Shown: positions 21,136 to 30,694, counted from the first letter of the stretch. The stretch is 64,000 bases of DNA from an uncultured Candidatus Saccharibacteria bacterium (GCA_964464695.1 CAYXKW010000006.1:2489-66488), one strand, 5' to 3'. Translations and numbers: made by a program. Notes: generated by a model from the sequence alone, not told the origin.

Positions 21136-22044
21136 ATGACACTTTATTCTAATCAAGCTGCAAACATACGAACAACCTGGTTTATGATGACGGGATTCTT
21201 GTTGCTAGTTATAGCAATCGGACTCGGACTTTCTTTTGTGTACAACAATGCGCTACTTCTCTATATAGCGATTGCTATTAGTTTACTCATGAACATAGGA
21301 GCGTACTGGTTTTCCGATAAGATTGTTCTCTCAATGGCAAATGCTGAACCCGTAAAATCAAGAGAAGATTATCCTGAGCTTTGGAATATTCTTGAGAATC
21401 TTTCTATTTCAGCAGGTCTTCCGATGCCAAAACTATACGTCATTAACGATCCTGCACCAAATGCCTTCGCTACCGGACGAAACAAAGATCACGCTGTGGT
21501 CGCTGTAACAACGGGACTACTTCCACTCTTGAGTAAGTCAGAACTCGAGGGAGTTCTCGCTCATGAATTAGCGCATATTGGTAACAGAGATATGTTACTC
21601 CAAACAGCAGTTGTTGTTTTTGCCGGAGTTATTTCTCTTGTTGCGGACATGGCGTTTAGAGCTTCTATATTTGGAGGAGATAGTGGTGAGAAAAAAAGTC
21701 CTGTATTTTTAATAATTGGCATTCTTGCAATTATTCTTGCTCCAATTGCTGCAACGATTATTCGACTCGCTATATCACGTGAGCGAGAATTTTTAGCAGA
21801 TGCAACTGGCGCACTCATTACTCGCTACCCAGAAGGGTTAGCATCAGCGCTCCAAAAGATAAGTGGTTTTCATCAACCAATGAAGGTGCAAAATAATGCG
21901 ATTGCCCACCTTTTTATTTCCGACCCAAGTGGTATTAATAGTATTTCTGAAGCGCGAAAAGGGGAGAAAGTTTCGTTCATGCAAAAGATGTTTATGACCC
22001 ACCCACCTGTTGAGGAACGTGTTGCAAGACTTCTTATAAAATAA
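21136..22044 (+). CDS. htpX: M48 zinc metalloprotease HtpX
   Basis: HELAHIGNRD (HExxH), two N-terminal TM segments, and a further hydrophobic pair in the middle. Confidence 0.85.
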   Translation: MTLYSNQAANIRTTWFMMTGFLLLVIAIGLGLSFVYNNALLLYIAIAISLLMNIGAYWFSDKIVLSMANAEPVKSREDYPELWNILENLSISAGLPMPKLYVINDPAPNAFATGRNKDHAVVAVTTGLLPLLSKSELEGVLAHELAHIGNRDMLLQTAVVVFAGVISLVADMAFRASIFGGDSGEKKSPVFLIIGILAIILAPIAATIIRLAISREREFLADATGALITRYPEGLASALQKISGFHQPMKVQNNAIAHLFISDPSGINSISEARKGEKVSFMQKMFMTHPPVEERVARLLIK

Positions 22045-22076
22045 TACGCAAAACTATTTTGTGGTAGTATATAGAT

Positions 22077-22640
22077 ATGAAAAATAAATTACTTATTGGG
22101 TTCCTTATTGTTATTGTTGGTATGGGCTTATGGGCTATTTCTGCGTATAACATGTTAGCTAAAGGGAATGTTGCTGTAGATTCTAAATGGGCGCAAGTCG
22201 AAACTCAGTATCAACGTCGATTAGATTTAATTCCTAATCTGGTTTCTTCTGTTCAAGGAATATTTACTCAAGAAAAAGATGTGTTTACTGCAATTGCAGA
22301 AGCGAGAAAAGGTTATGCTGGCGCAACCACTGTGGACGAAAAAGCGGCTGCAGCAACTAATGTAGAAAGATCTCTTGGACGACTTTTAGTTATTACTGAA
22401 AATTACCCACAACTTTCTTCGAACCAAACAGTGCAAAATCTAATGACTCAACTTGAGGGGGCAGAAAATAGAATTTCTGTGGAAAGAAAAAGATACAATG
22501 ACGAGGTAACAATATTCAATACTCATCTTGTCACATTTCCGTATACCATCATAGCTCCGATGTTTGGTTTCACTAAACGATCTTTTTTTGAAGCAGATCA
22601 AAACGCATCCATTGCACCCGTCGTTAAATTTAATCAATAA
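22077..22640 (+). CDS. LemA family protein (second copy)
   Basis: TM followed by QYQRRLDLIPNLVSSVQG; paralogous to 20493..21053. Confidence 0.8.
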   Translation: MKNKLLIGFLIVIVGMGLWAISAYNMLAKGNVAVDSKWAQVETQYQRRLDLIPNLVSSVQGIFTQEKDVFTAIAEARKGYAGATTVDEKAAAATNVERSLGRLLVITENYPQLSSNQTVQNLMTQLEGAENRISVERKRYNDEVTIFNTHLVTFPYTIIAPMFGFTKRSFFEADQNASIAPVVKFNQ

Positions 22641-22646
22641 TAAGTT

Positions 22647-23528
22647 ATGAGGAAGATAGCATATATTTTTGCTGTTTTTCTAGGTACGTTACTCTACACG
22701 AGTGCTTTCACCGTACCTGTAAAGCCCTCTGGATATGTAAATGACTATGCTGGAGTTCTTTCATCGAAGGAAACATCTTTTCTTGAAAATGAAATCAGAG
22801 CTTTTTCGGCAAGTACTACCAATGAAATTGCTGTTGTTGTGGTGCCTGACATGAACGGAGAAACAATTGAAAACTATGCCATAAAGATATTTGAACAATG
22901 GAAGATAGGCACATCAAAAAATGATAATGGCGCACTCCTACTTGTTGCAATACAAGAACGAAAGGTTCGGATAGAAGTTGGTTATGGTTTAGAAGGTGCT
23001 TTACCAGATATTTTGACAAAACAAATTATCGATACTCAAATTACTCCTGAATTTAAGAAGGCTGATTATTTCAAGGGAATATCCCAAGCGGTGGATTCAA
23101 TAATGAAAGCAACCGAAGGTGAATATCTTCTAGAGCCAACAAGTCAATCAAAATCAATAACTGGAAAAATGATAGAATCAATTTTATTGATTTTGTTTTT
23201 TATTGTTCAAATTTTGTCCTCGATTTTTGCACGCAGTAAGTCTTGGTGGGCAGGTGGTATTGTTGGAGGAATTATCGGTGTTACAATTATCATATTTGGC
23301 ATTTTCGGACTTTCACTAGTTGTTGGGTCTATTTTAACAGTTGCATTGATTCTTTTTGGTTTAATGTTTGATTATTTTGTTTCGAATGCGTACTCAAATT
23401 CTACTTCACAAGGTGGTGGAATTTCCTGGTGGGCAGGAGGAGGGTCTGGAAGTTCCAAGTCATCAAGTTCGTTCGGAGGTTTTTCTGGTGGGTCCTCAGG
23501 GGGAGGTGGGTCCTCAGGGAGTTGGTGA
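22647..23528 (+). CDS. TPM-domain (TLP18.3/Psb32-like) membrane protein with a Gly/Ser-rich C-terminal tail
   Basis: YVNDYAGVLS...IAVVVVPDMNGETIENYA...ALLLVAIQERKVRIEVGYGLEG matches the TPM domain. Followed by TM helices and a GGGSSGSW tail. Confidence 0.7.
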   Translation: MRKIAYIFAVFLGTLLYTSAFTVPVKPSGYVNDYAGVLSSKETSFLENEIRAFSASTTNEIAVVVVPDMNGETIENYAIKIFEQWKIGTSKNDNGALLLVAIQERKVRIEVGYGLEGALPDILTKQIIDTQITPEFKKADYFKGISQAVDSIMKATEGEYLLEPTSQSKSITGKMIESILLILFFIVQILSSIFARSKSWWAGGIVGGIIGVTIIIFGIFGLSLVVGSILTVALILFGLMFDYFVSNAYSNSTSQGGGISWWAGGGSGSSKSSSSFGGFSGGSSGGGGSSGSW

Positions 23529-23563
23529 TATACTTATAGTATATTATAAGTAACTTTTATTAC

Positions 23564-23956
23564 ATGTTGTCACTTCAAGTTATTGTAGGAATTATCGTAG
23601 GAATAGTTGCGTATACAATTACGTTTGTTTCTTTTGCAGTTGTTGTTTCATTTTTAGTATGGATGCTTGTTGATGCAGCTAAACAGGATCGTTTTTGGTG
23701 GATTGTTATAATGCTTGGGGTTCCAATCATCGGTCCAGCGGTTTACTATCTGACTGAAAAAAAACATGAGTACGCAAAAGCTCCCTCACATCATATTCAT
23801 GATTCAGAAACTGAGTCACAACATGAAACTTCGCATAAACATCATCGAAAGGATGATGTTATAGAAGAAAGTAGAGAAAAAATAATTCTTGCCGAAAAAG
23901 TAGAGAAAATAGAAGATGTCCCAAGTAAGAAAGTTGACCATAAGGAAGAAAAATAA
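23564..23956 (+). CDS. Small membrane protein with a PLDc_N-like segment and a charged, His-rich C-terminus
   Basis: LVWMLVDAAKQDRFWWIVIMLGVPIIGPAVYYL resembles the cardiolipin-synthase N-terminal (PLDc_N) domain. Confidence 0.4.
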   Translation: MLSLQVIVGIIVGIVAYTITFVSFAVVVSFLVWMLVDAAKQDRFWWIVIMLGVPIIGPAVYYLTEKKHEYAKAPSHHIHDSETESQHETSHKHHRKDDVIEESREKIILAEKVEKIEDVPSKKVDHKEEK

Positions 23957-23967
23957 GTAATTAAAAT

Positions 23968-24819
23968 ATGACTGTTGTTGTAATTACTGTACTTGCAACA
24001 TTTTTACTCCAAGCTGGCTATCTTTTGTGGAAAATTTCTACAGACTCTCTGCCAAAAATTGGTAAAGATAAGCCGGCTACTGTCATCAAAGGTTTCCTCA
24101 GTAACCCGAAATGGGTGATCGGGTATTTTGCAACTTTCATTGGATGGATTTTACTTGTAAAAGCTATGGATCTTGGAGAAATTAGTTTAGTCCAGCCACT
24201 CGTTTCGGTCGGAGATGTTTTTCTTGTAACTATGGCGGTCGTTTTTTTGAAGGAGAAATTACGTACCTATGAGTGGCTTGGGCTATTTTTAATTATGCTT
24301 GGTGCTATTTCAATCGCAACAGATGTACGAGAAAGTATTGTTACTGTACTTAACTGGTCTCACATTTTTATTTTTGTTGGGGTACTTATAACGCTTTGGG
24401 GAGCACTTATGCTGTTTAAAAAATGGGGACGACTTGAGATTATTCTTGCATTAGTAACAGGGGTTTCGTTTGGATTAGGTGGAGTGCTTACAAAAGTAAT
24501 GACACTTTATTTAGTGGCAAACAACCAAGCTCTTGAATCATGGTATTTTATATTTAATCCAATATTTCCATACATGGTTTTGGCGAATGTTGCTGGTCTT
24601 ATTATGTTACAAATGGCCTTTCAAAATGGTCGTGCTTCCGTTGTAGTTCCTGTACAGTTGGCTGTCCTCAATGGAATTTCTGTTCTCGCCGGTATGTTGT
24701 TATTTTTAGAATCTATTTCGATATTTCGACTATTTTGTGTTCTTTTAATTATAACGGGCACAGCAGTCTTACAGTGGGTAGGTAGTAATAAAGAACATTC
24801 GATTGTATATTCTGTGTAA
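23968..24819 (+). CDS. Polytopic membrane protein (8-10 TM, possibly DMT/EamA-like)
   Basis: Hydrophobicity pattern only. Confidence 0.35.
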   Translation: MTVVVITVLATFLLQAGYLLWKISTDSLPKIGKDKPATVIKGFLSNPKWVIGYFATFIGWILLVKAMDLGEISLVQPLVSVGDVFLVTMAVVFLKEKLRTYEWLGLFLIMLGAISIATDVRESIVTVLNWSHIFIFVGVLITLWGALMLFKKWGRLEIILALVTGVSFGLGGVLTKVMTLYLVANNQALESWYFIFNPIFPYMVLANVAGLIMLQMAFQNGRASVVVPVQLAVLNGISVLAGMLLFLESISIFRLFCVLLIITGTAVLQWVGSNKEHSIVYSV

Positions 24820-24889
24820 TTACTATAAAAGTTCCTCATGCTATACTTACGTAGAAACACACGTAGAGTGTTTCTTTTCAGTTAAAAAT

Positions 24890-24977
24890 GGAGAGATGCG
24901 AGAGTGGTTTAATCGACTACCTTGGAAAGGTAGCAACTGGGTAACTGGTTCGAGGGTTCGAATCCCTCTCTCTCCGC
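24890..24977 (+). tRNA. tRNA-Ser (anticodon GGA), type II with a long variable arm
   Basis: Acceptor GGAGAGA/TCTCTCC, 3-bp D-stem with a long loop, anticodon stem CTACC/GGTAG with loop TTGGAAA, variable arm AACTGG-GTAA-CTGGTT, T-arm GAGGGTTCGAATCCCTC. Confidence 0.85.
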
Positions 24978-25276
24978 AAAATCGCGAGTGTAATCACGAC
25001 CAGATTTTGCGCAGTGCAGAATGGCAAGTGTATCCACGACCACATTCTGCCTCCGCAGTATTATAAAAAATCGCGAATATACTTACGACCAGATTTTACT
25101 AGTGCATTTCAAGGAGCCCTAAAAGATTGCGATTTCAACAGGTTGAGTACAACCTAAGAAATCGGGAACGTACTCGCGACTATGAATATGCCTCCGCAAA
25201 ATCGCGAGTATACTTACGACCAGATTTTGCTAGTGCATTTCAAGGAGCGTAATCGCGACTATGAATATGCCTCCGC
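24973..25276 (+). repeat. Array of degenerate direct repeats that repeat the tRNA-Ser 3' end (CTCCGCA) four times, each followed by an AAAATCGCGAGT.TACTTACGACCAGATTTTGC.AGTGCATTTCAAGGAGC-type module. This is an att-site-like scar array.
   Basis: CTCCGC(A) occurs at 24971, 25050, 25190 and 25270. Near-identical ~55-bp modules sit at 25066-25120 and 25200-25258, shorter variants at 24978-25012 and 25026-25049, and CGCGACTATGAATATGCCTCCGC occurs twice. Each module has an internal 8-bp inverted repeat GCAAAATC/GATTTTGC. Confidence 0.6.
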
Positions 25277-25971
25277 TATTTTGCAAAACAATAGTAAAGG
25301 CCAGCACCACCGGTTGCCTTGAGTGCTTCCAGACTACATCCTCGGGTCAGGTGTGAAGAATTCCACGATTTCATTGGAGCTGAATCATTTGTGCCGATTC
25401 TGTCATGATGACCAACGTATGCCGCACCTGCATTGCTTGATGTCCAGTTAGAGCATGTTGTGTCCGTTGTTGTTGCTACAAGATTTCCATCGCTATCTGA
25501 ACCTGTTAAAATATCGTGTTCATTAGGTGTGTCACCTCTGCCGTTTACAATAACTCCATTTTCGGTGATCGCTGTGGTTTTAGAAAGAAAATTATTAGTA
25601 TGAAGTTCTTCAATTGTGTTGGCAATGAGTTCTCCGTTATAGTTATACCAAGGACCATCCCCAATTCTTTCTCGAGCGTTTATTGCTGGTGAGTTGTTTC
25701 CTGCTGTTGAGCTTAGATAAGCTACCCATGTTTTGCCATAGACCCCGGACGCTTCTGCAAGCGCTGTACAATAAGCATCAGCACCTACCAAGCCACCTAA
25801 GTTTCCGCCGGCACCTTTGTTTTTACTAGTAATAAAGAATGACATTTCTTTTGAAGATTTCGAAGTCTGAGGGCTGTGTGTAGTTCTAGAAGAATAATAC
25901 AAACTAAGTGCGAGTATTAGGATTATCCCTGAAAGTAACAAGTACATCTTTTTTGTTTTAATGTTCTTCAT
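25276..25971 (-). CDS. Hypothetical secreted protein (signal peptide/TM at the N-terminus)
   Basis: MKNIKTKKMYLLLSGIILILALSLYYS signal. No confident domain. Confidence 0.4.
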   Translation of the reverse strand: MKNIKTKKMYLLLSGIILILALSLYYSSRTTHSPQTSKSSKEMSFFITSKNKGAGGNLGGLVGADAYCTALAEASGVYGKTWVAYLSSTAGNNSPAINARERIGDGPWYNYNGELIANTIEELHTNNFLSKTTAITENGVIVNGRGDTPNEHDILTGSDSDGNLVATTTDTTCSNWTSSNAGAAYVGHHDRIGTNDSAPMKSWNSSHLTRGCSLEALKATGGAGLYYCFAK

Positions 25972-26099
25972 AAATATGTTTTTGAATTTAGGTTGGTACT
26001 GTATTTATTGTACGCACATTTGTAGAAATTATCAAACAATTTTTAGGTAATGCATCTCACTTTTAATGTTAATGTCGATAGTCTCAATAGGTAGATTTT

Positions 26100-26411
26100 T
26101 TGAAGGTAACTCATGTATACTTAAAACAAATGACTTTCAAAGATAAAGTTCTGGATATTGTACAAAACATCCCTGAAGGAAAATTCCTTACCTATTCCCA
26201 GGTTGCTACATATGCTGGTAATAAAAATGCAGCACGTGCAGTTGGTACGATTATGGCAAAAAATCAAGATATAAGTATTCCTTGTCATCGTGTAGTTAGG
26301 TCTGATGGAACAATTGGAATGTATAATGGACTACGTGGTAAAAATAAAGAATTAATTTTACAACAAGAAGGGGTTGTATTTCTTAAAAATGGTAAAGTTG
26401 CTATACACTAG
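26100..26411 (+). CDS. MGMT-family (methylated-DNA-protein-cysteine methyltransferase) DNA-binding/active-site domain protein
   Basis: TYSQVATYAGNKNAARAVG plus the active-site IPCHRVV motif with the Cys retained. It is about 100 aa and standalone. Confidence 0.75.
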   Translation: MKVTHVYLKQMTFKDKVLDIVQNIPEGKFLTYSQVATYAGNKNAARAVGTIMAKNQDISIPCHRVVRSDGTIGMYNGLRGKNKELILQQEGVVFLKNGKVAIH

Positions 26412-26416
26412 TAAGT

Positions 26417-26689
26417 ATGTCAATTATAAATCCCTCCTACAATAGATTCTTACAAGCATTTTTATATCTCATGTTGATTTCAGCTGCGCTTCACATCATT
26501 ATTGCATGTATACATTTTTTATATTCAGGAGACGTTACCTCATTTAATTTTTTTAGGATTATAGAACTACATATTTTCTTTCCTCTTTTTGTTGTAAGTG
26601 GAATTGGTCAGTATTTTGCAGCAGCAGTAGCATTTTTTGTGTATGTCTTTGCTTACATTTTTTTAGCTCAAAAAAAGAAATCAAAGTAA
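26417..26689 (+). CDS. Small hydrophobic membrane protein
   Basis: Three hydrophobic helices. No motif. Confidence 0.3.
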   Translation: MSIINPSYNRFLQAFLYLMLISAALHIIIACIHFLYSGDVTSFNFFRIIELHIFFPLFVVSGIGQYFAAAVAFFVYVFAYIFLAQKKKSK

Positions 26690-26711
26690 TCGTGTGTGAT
26701 AGTATAGTAAG

Positions 26712-27323
26712 ATGTATAAAAATATTGCAATAAGTTGGTCTATTGAATTTGGGCCAATTATAGTTTTTTTCGTTGCGCTGAATTTTCTTGGTAGTACAGA
26801 CAAAGGATTTATTACGTCAACGACAATTTTTAGTGTGTTAACAGCGGTTGCTCTTATTGCATCTTATTTGTATGAACAAAGAATTGCCTGGTTCCCACTA
26901 CTTGCTGGCGTCTCTGTAGTGCTGTTTGGAGTTTTGACTGCGGTATTTAATGCACCGCTTTTATTTATCATTAAAGACACCATCTATAATGGAATATTTG
27001 GGGTTTTTCTTCTAGGTGGTGCTTTCCTGGGTAAAGGTCTTCTTAAGAAATTGTTTGTTGCATTGTTTGATATGACTGACAAGGGTTGGTTTATTCTTTC
27101 AGTGCGATGGGGAATATTTTTTATGTTACTTACAATATTTAATGAAATTAGTTGGAGAATGTTCGGGCGTGACGTATGGGTTATGTATAAATTCTGGTCG
27201 ACTATTGCAACGGTAGTATTTGGGTTTTACCAAATTACATTATCAAAAAAATACCGTAACGAAACTGCGAGTCCTTGGGGCATGAGGACCAAGCCATACC
27301 ACGCAAAGACTCTCACGGATTAA
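26712..27323 (+). CDS. Polytopic inner-membrane protein (possibly YciB/IspZ-like)
   Basis: The N-terminal pattern ...FGPIIVFFVALNFLG... resembles YciB. Weak call. Confidence 0.3.
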   Translation: MYKNIAISWSIEFGPIIVFFVALNFLGSTDKGFITSTTIFSVLTAVALIASYLYEQRIAWFPLLAGVSVVLFGVLTAVFNAPLLFIIKDTIYNGIFGVFLLGGAFLGKGLLKKLFVALFDMTDKGWFILSVRWGIFFMLLTIFNEISWRMFGRDVWVMYKFWSTIATVVFGFYQITLSKKYRNETASPWGMRTKPYHAKTLTD

Positions 27324-27341
27324 ATATGGTAGTATATTCAC

Positions 27342-27812
27342 ATGAAAATTGTAGTTCTCGATAATCTTCGCTCAGTCCATAATGTTGGTTCTATTTTCCG
27401 TACCGCAAATGCTGTAGGAATAGATAAAATATATTTATGTGGTACAACTCCAACTCCGCTTGATAACAAAGGTATACGTAGAAAAGATTTTGCAAAAGTT
27501 GCTCTTGGCGCTGAAGATACTATTACTTGGGAGTATCATGAGGACACCTTAACAGTGCTTAAAGATTTGCATACAACTAACAATTATATTATTGCATTTG
27601 AGCAAGATGAACATGCTGCTGACTATAAAGAAGTGGTCGTAGATGAGGCAAACAATATTACATTTGTCATTGGTCCTGAGGTTACGGGTATCTCACAAGA
27701 AGTGCTCTCAGAGTGTGATGTCATAGCAGAAATTCCCATGCTTGGAACCAAGGAGTCCTTGAACGTAACAATTGCTTTTGGTGTAGGTGTGTATAGGATT
27801 TTAAATATCTGA
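27342..27812 (+). CDS. SpoU/TrmH-family RNA 2'-O-methyltransferase (SPOUT)
   Basis: IVVLDNLRSVHNVGSIFRTANAVGIDKIYLCG and the C-terminal motif EIPMLGTKESLNVTIAFGV. Confidence 0.8.
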   Translation: MKIVVLDNLRSVHNVGSIFRTANAVGIDKIYLCGTTPTPLDNKGIRRKDFAKVALGAEDTITWEYHEDTLTVLKDLHTTNNYIIAFEQDEHAADYKEVVVDEANNITFVIGPEVTGISQEVLSECDVIAEIPMLGTKESLNVTIAFGVGVYRILNI

Positions 27813-27815
27813 CAT

Positions 27816-28688
27816 ATGGAGATAACAAAAATTACCAGTAGTCTTTTAGACACTAAAGTGGCACTGCCAGCTTCTGAAAAAGAATGGTTAGATAAAAATA
27901 TATTTACGGAAGTGTTCTTGCGGGTCGAAGAAAATACCATCAGATGTGCTGTTGCTAATTGTAAGGTGCAAGGTACTCTTGTTGTCATGGTGGGAGGAGT
28001 TCCAAGAGATGAAAAAGAGAGAAAGAATCTCCCGCTCATTAATACTTTTTTTGGACACCTTGCTGAGAGTTTGAGGGGTTCTGGTGTAACGAGTGTGCTG
28101 TATAATCATCCTGGTACAGGATTATCAACAGGGGATTGGAACAAAGAAACACTCAACACTCGATCTTCAGTTCTTGCCCAGGTTACAAATTATTTTTGTA
28201 AGAAAACACAATCTTTTGATGTTGCTATTGTCGGAGTAAGTGCTGGTGGGTATATGGCAGTACAAGCAATGAGAGAACTACAGAATTGCGGAGTGTCTGT
28301 CTCCAAACTTGCACTCATTTCTCCAGCTGCATACCCAGATTCTCTACTAGATATTCCGTATGGTGATGATTTTTCAAGAATTCTCAGAACTCCGTGGGAT
28401 TTTACAACGTCTACAATATTTGAAGATATACAAAAGTTTACCTTAGAAGGGGGGTCAAGTTTCATTTCATTTTTTGAAAATGATGATCCGCCTATTCCAA
28501 AGTTAGTTCAGGAGTGTTTTACGTCAACGGTAGAAACTCTGCGACGTAAAGGAGGAAATATTGAATTAGCAACCATTATGGGTGTAGCGCATAATTTTAG
28601 GAATCCTGGGGAGGAAAAAAGTATTGTAAATATTGAGAGTATTTTTGCAACAGCGGCATATCTAGTGTCATTTTTAACAAAAAAATAA
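27816..28688 (+). CDS. Alpha/beta hydrolase (esterase-like)
   Basis: Nucleophile elbow GVSAGG (GxSxG) and a C-terminal His in GVAHNF. Confidence 0.5.
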   Translation: MEITKITSSLLDTKVALPASEKEWLDKNIFTEVFLRVEENTIRCAVANCKVQGTLVVMVGGVPRDEKERKNLPLINTFFGHLAESLRGSGVTSVLYNHPGTGLSTGDWNKETLNTRSSVLAQVTNYFCKKTQSFDVAIVGVSAGGYMAVQAMRELQNCGVSVSKLALISPAAYPDSLLDIPYGDDFSRILRTPWDFTTSTIFEDIQKFTLEGGSSFISFFENDDPPIPKLVQECFTSTVETLRRKGGNIELATIMGVAHNFRNPGEEKSIVNIESIFATAAYLVSFLTKK

Positions 28689-28748
28689 ATATATAGCTTG
28701 TGGGCTCAGTTTTACCCCATCGTGTTATAATTATCGTATAAAAAGATT

Positions 28749-29228
28749 ATGAAAAATACTACACTTTTATTTCTTATCAGAAAATCAAGCGATGGGGTCA
28801 CAGATATTTGTCTTGCTATGAAGAAGCGCGGGTTTGGTAAAGGTAGATTTAATGGTGTCGGTGGAAAAGTAGAAGAAGGGGAATCAGTAGAAGATGCAGT
28901 GCACCGAGAGGCAGAGGAAGAGGTTGGTGTGAAGGTTGGAGAGATACAGAAATGTGCAGAACTTACATTTACGTTTCCTCACGAGCCATCTTTTGATCAG
29001 CTTGTCCATGTTTTTATAACCGAAGACTTTGAAGGCGAGCCATCAGAAACAGAAGAGATGAGTCCTTCATGGTTAAGTACAACGTATATTCCGTATGCAG
29101 AAATGTGGCCAGATGATATTTTCTGGTTACCAAAAGTTCTTGAAGGAAATAAAATAATAGGACGATTTACTTTTGGAGAAGGAGATACAATTCAAGAAAA
29201 AGAAGTTTCTGTCGTTGAAACTTTTTAA
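28749..29228 (+). CDS. NUDIX hydrolase (MutT-like)
   Basis: Nudix box GGKVEEGESVEDAVHREAEEEVGV. Confidence 0.75.
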   Translation: MKNTTLLFLIRKSSDGVTDICLAMKKRGFGKGRFNGVGGKVEEGESVEDAVHREAEEEVGVKVGEIQKCAELTFTFPHEPSFDQLVHVFITEDFEGEPSETEEMSPSWLSTTYIPYAEMWPDDIFWLPKVLEGNKIIGRFTFGEGDTIQEKEVSVVETF

Positions 29229-29243
29229 GAAGACGTCTATCTA

Positions 29244-29807
29244 TTGTCACTCATTATGCATCCATATTGTGCGTACGCAGCAACTATTACAAGTAAAGAA
29301 GATGTAGATAAGGTATATCATGATAATCATTATGGAATCAGAATTGATGATGATAATGAGCTTTTTGGACGCTTGGTAATGGAAATTAACCAAGCGGGTT
29401 TATCATGGCGAACTATTCTCATGAAAGAGAAGAGATTTAGAAAAGCGTATCATAATTTTAATATTAAAAAAGTTGCAAAATATAATGAAAAAGATTTCAA
29501 CCGTCTTATGAATGATGTTGGAATTATTCGTAATCGACTGAAGATTAATGCTGCTATTTATAATGCACAGCAATTACTTGTAATTCAAAAAGAGTTTGGA
29601 AGTTTTAGAATATGGCTGGATATTGAAGACAGAAAGTTAAAGGGAGAAGACACAAAAAAATTAGATAAAAAAGCACAGTGGCTAAAACTTTTTAAAAAAC
29701 AATTCAAATTTGTCGGTGGAGAAATAGTCGGGGAATTTTTGATGAGTATAAATCTATTACCTGGCAGTCACGGTAATGAGTGTTTTAGATATAAAAATAT
29801 ACAATAA
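29244..29807 (+). CDS. tag: DNA-3-methyladenine glycosylase I
   Basis: YHDNHYGIRIDDDNELFGRLVMEINQAGLSW matches the Tag family signature. Confidence 0.8.
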   Translation: MSLIMHPYCAYAATITSKEDVDKVYHDNHYGIRIDDDNELFGRLVMEINQAGLSWRTILMKEKRFRKAYHNFNIKKVAKYNEKDFNRLMNDVGIIRNRLKINAAIYNAQQLLVIQKEFGSFRIWLDIEDRKLKGEDTKKLDKKAQWLKLFKKQFKFVGGEIVGEFLMSINLLPGSHGNECFRYKNIQ

Positions 29808-29944
29808 GTATTTTGTAAAATATTTGAAATAAATTACGATGTCACTCTGTAGTAATAGGTGTGAAGGGGAAGATACGTATCCACGCAACACATTACAGAC
29901 AATACTATAATTACAGAAATACTTACAATAAAAATCAATCAACT

Positions 29945-30694
29945 ATGAAACTAAACAAAAAATATCTTGGGATAACCGCACTTTTATCAGCAACGGCAGC
30001 AGTAAGTGTATTTGCCGCAGGAGCAACAGGGACAACTGCTACAGTAATGAATAAAGCATTTGGCAACAGAAGTCATGCAACGGAAACGGCTGAACAAAAA
30101 ACAGAACGACAAAGCAAAATGGCAACATCTCTCGCAAGTGCACTCGGCACTACCCCTGAAGCTATTATCGCTCAGCTTACTGCAGGTAAGACACCTCGCG
30201 ATATCATTAGTGCATCTGGAATGGATGAGACAACGGTAAAAGCTCAGCTTGAAGCATCTCGTGAAGCAGATATGAAGGCACGACTTCAAGCAGACGTAAC
30301 TTCAGGTAAAATAACACAATCAGAAGCAGACACGATGCTTGCTAATAAAGGTGACAACCATGACAGAGGAGGTCGAGGAGGTGATAAAGAGAGAAACTCA
30401 GATGGGATGCTCACAAATGCCGCAACTATATTAGGCACAACCAAAGAAGCGCTTCAATCACAGCTAACTACAAGTAAGACATTGCAGGATATTGTAACGG
30501 CATCAGGTATAACAGAAGCTGATTTTCGAACAAAAATGGATGCACTTCATCAAACTGAAATGAAGACTAAACTTCAAGCAGACGTAACTTCAGGTAAAAT
30601 GACACAATCAGAAGCAGATACAAAGCTTACTGATATGGTTAATCACAAAGGAGGACCAAGAGGAGCTCAAGGTGCTGCACCAGTTACACAGTAA
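29945..30694 (+). CDS. Secreted protein built from two ~105-aa internal repeats
   Basis: Probable true start is MKLNKKYLGITALLSATAAVSVFA (signal peptide); the track's ORF starts 84 nt earlier. Repeats: ...TPEAIIAQLTAGKTPRDII..LQADVTSGKITQSEADTML... and ...TKEALQSQLTTSKTLQDIV..LQADVTSGKMTQSEADTKL.... The terminator is at 30763-30797. Confidence 0.5.
   Translation: MKLNKKYLGITALLSATAAVSVFAAGATGTTATVMNKAFGNRSHATETAEQKTERQSKMATSLASALGTTPEAIIAQLTAGKTPRDIISASGMDETTVKAQLEASREADMKARLQADVTSGKITQSEADTMLANKGDNHDRGGRGGDKERNSDGMLTNAATILGTTKEALQSQLTTSKTLQDIVTASGITEADFRTKMDALHQTEMKTKLQADVTSGKMTQSEADTKLTDMVNHKGGPRGAQGAAPVTQ

Noticed and set aside
24973-25276. Possible CRISPR array (regularly repeated ~50-bp units)
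   Set aside because: The repeats are degenerate, of unequal length and contiguous with variable junk rather than being evenly spaced by unique spacers. Each starts with the tRNA-Ser 3' heptamer, so this is an att-site-like scar array, not CRISPR. No cas genes are present.
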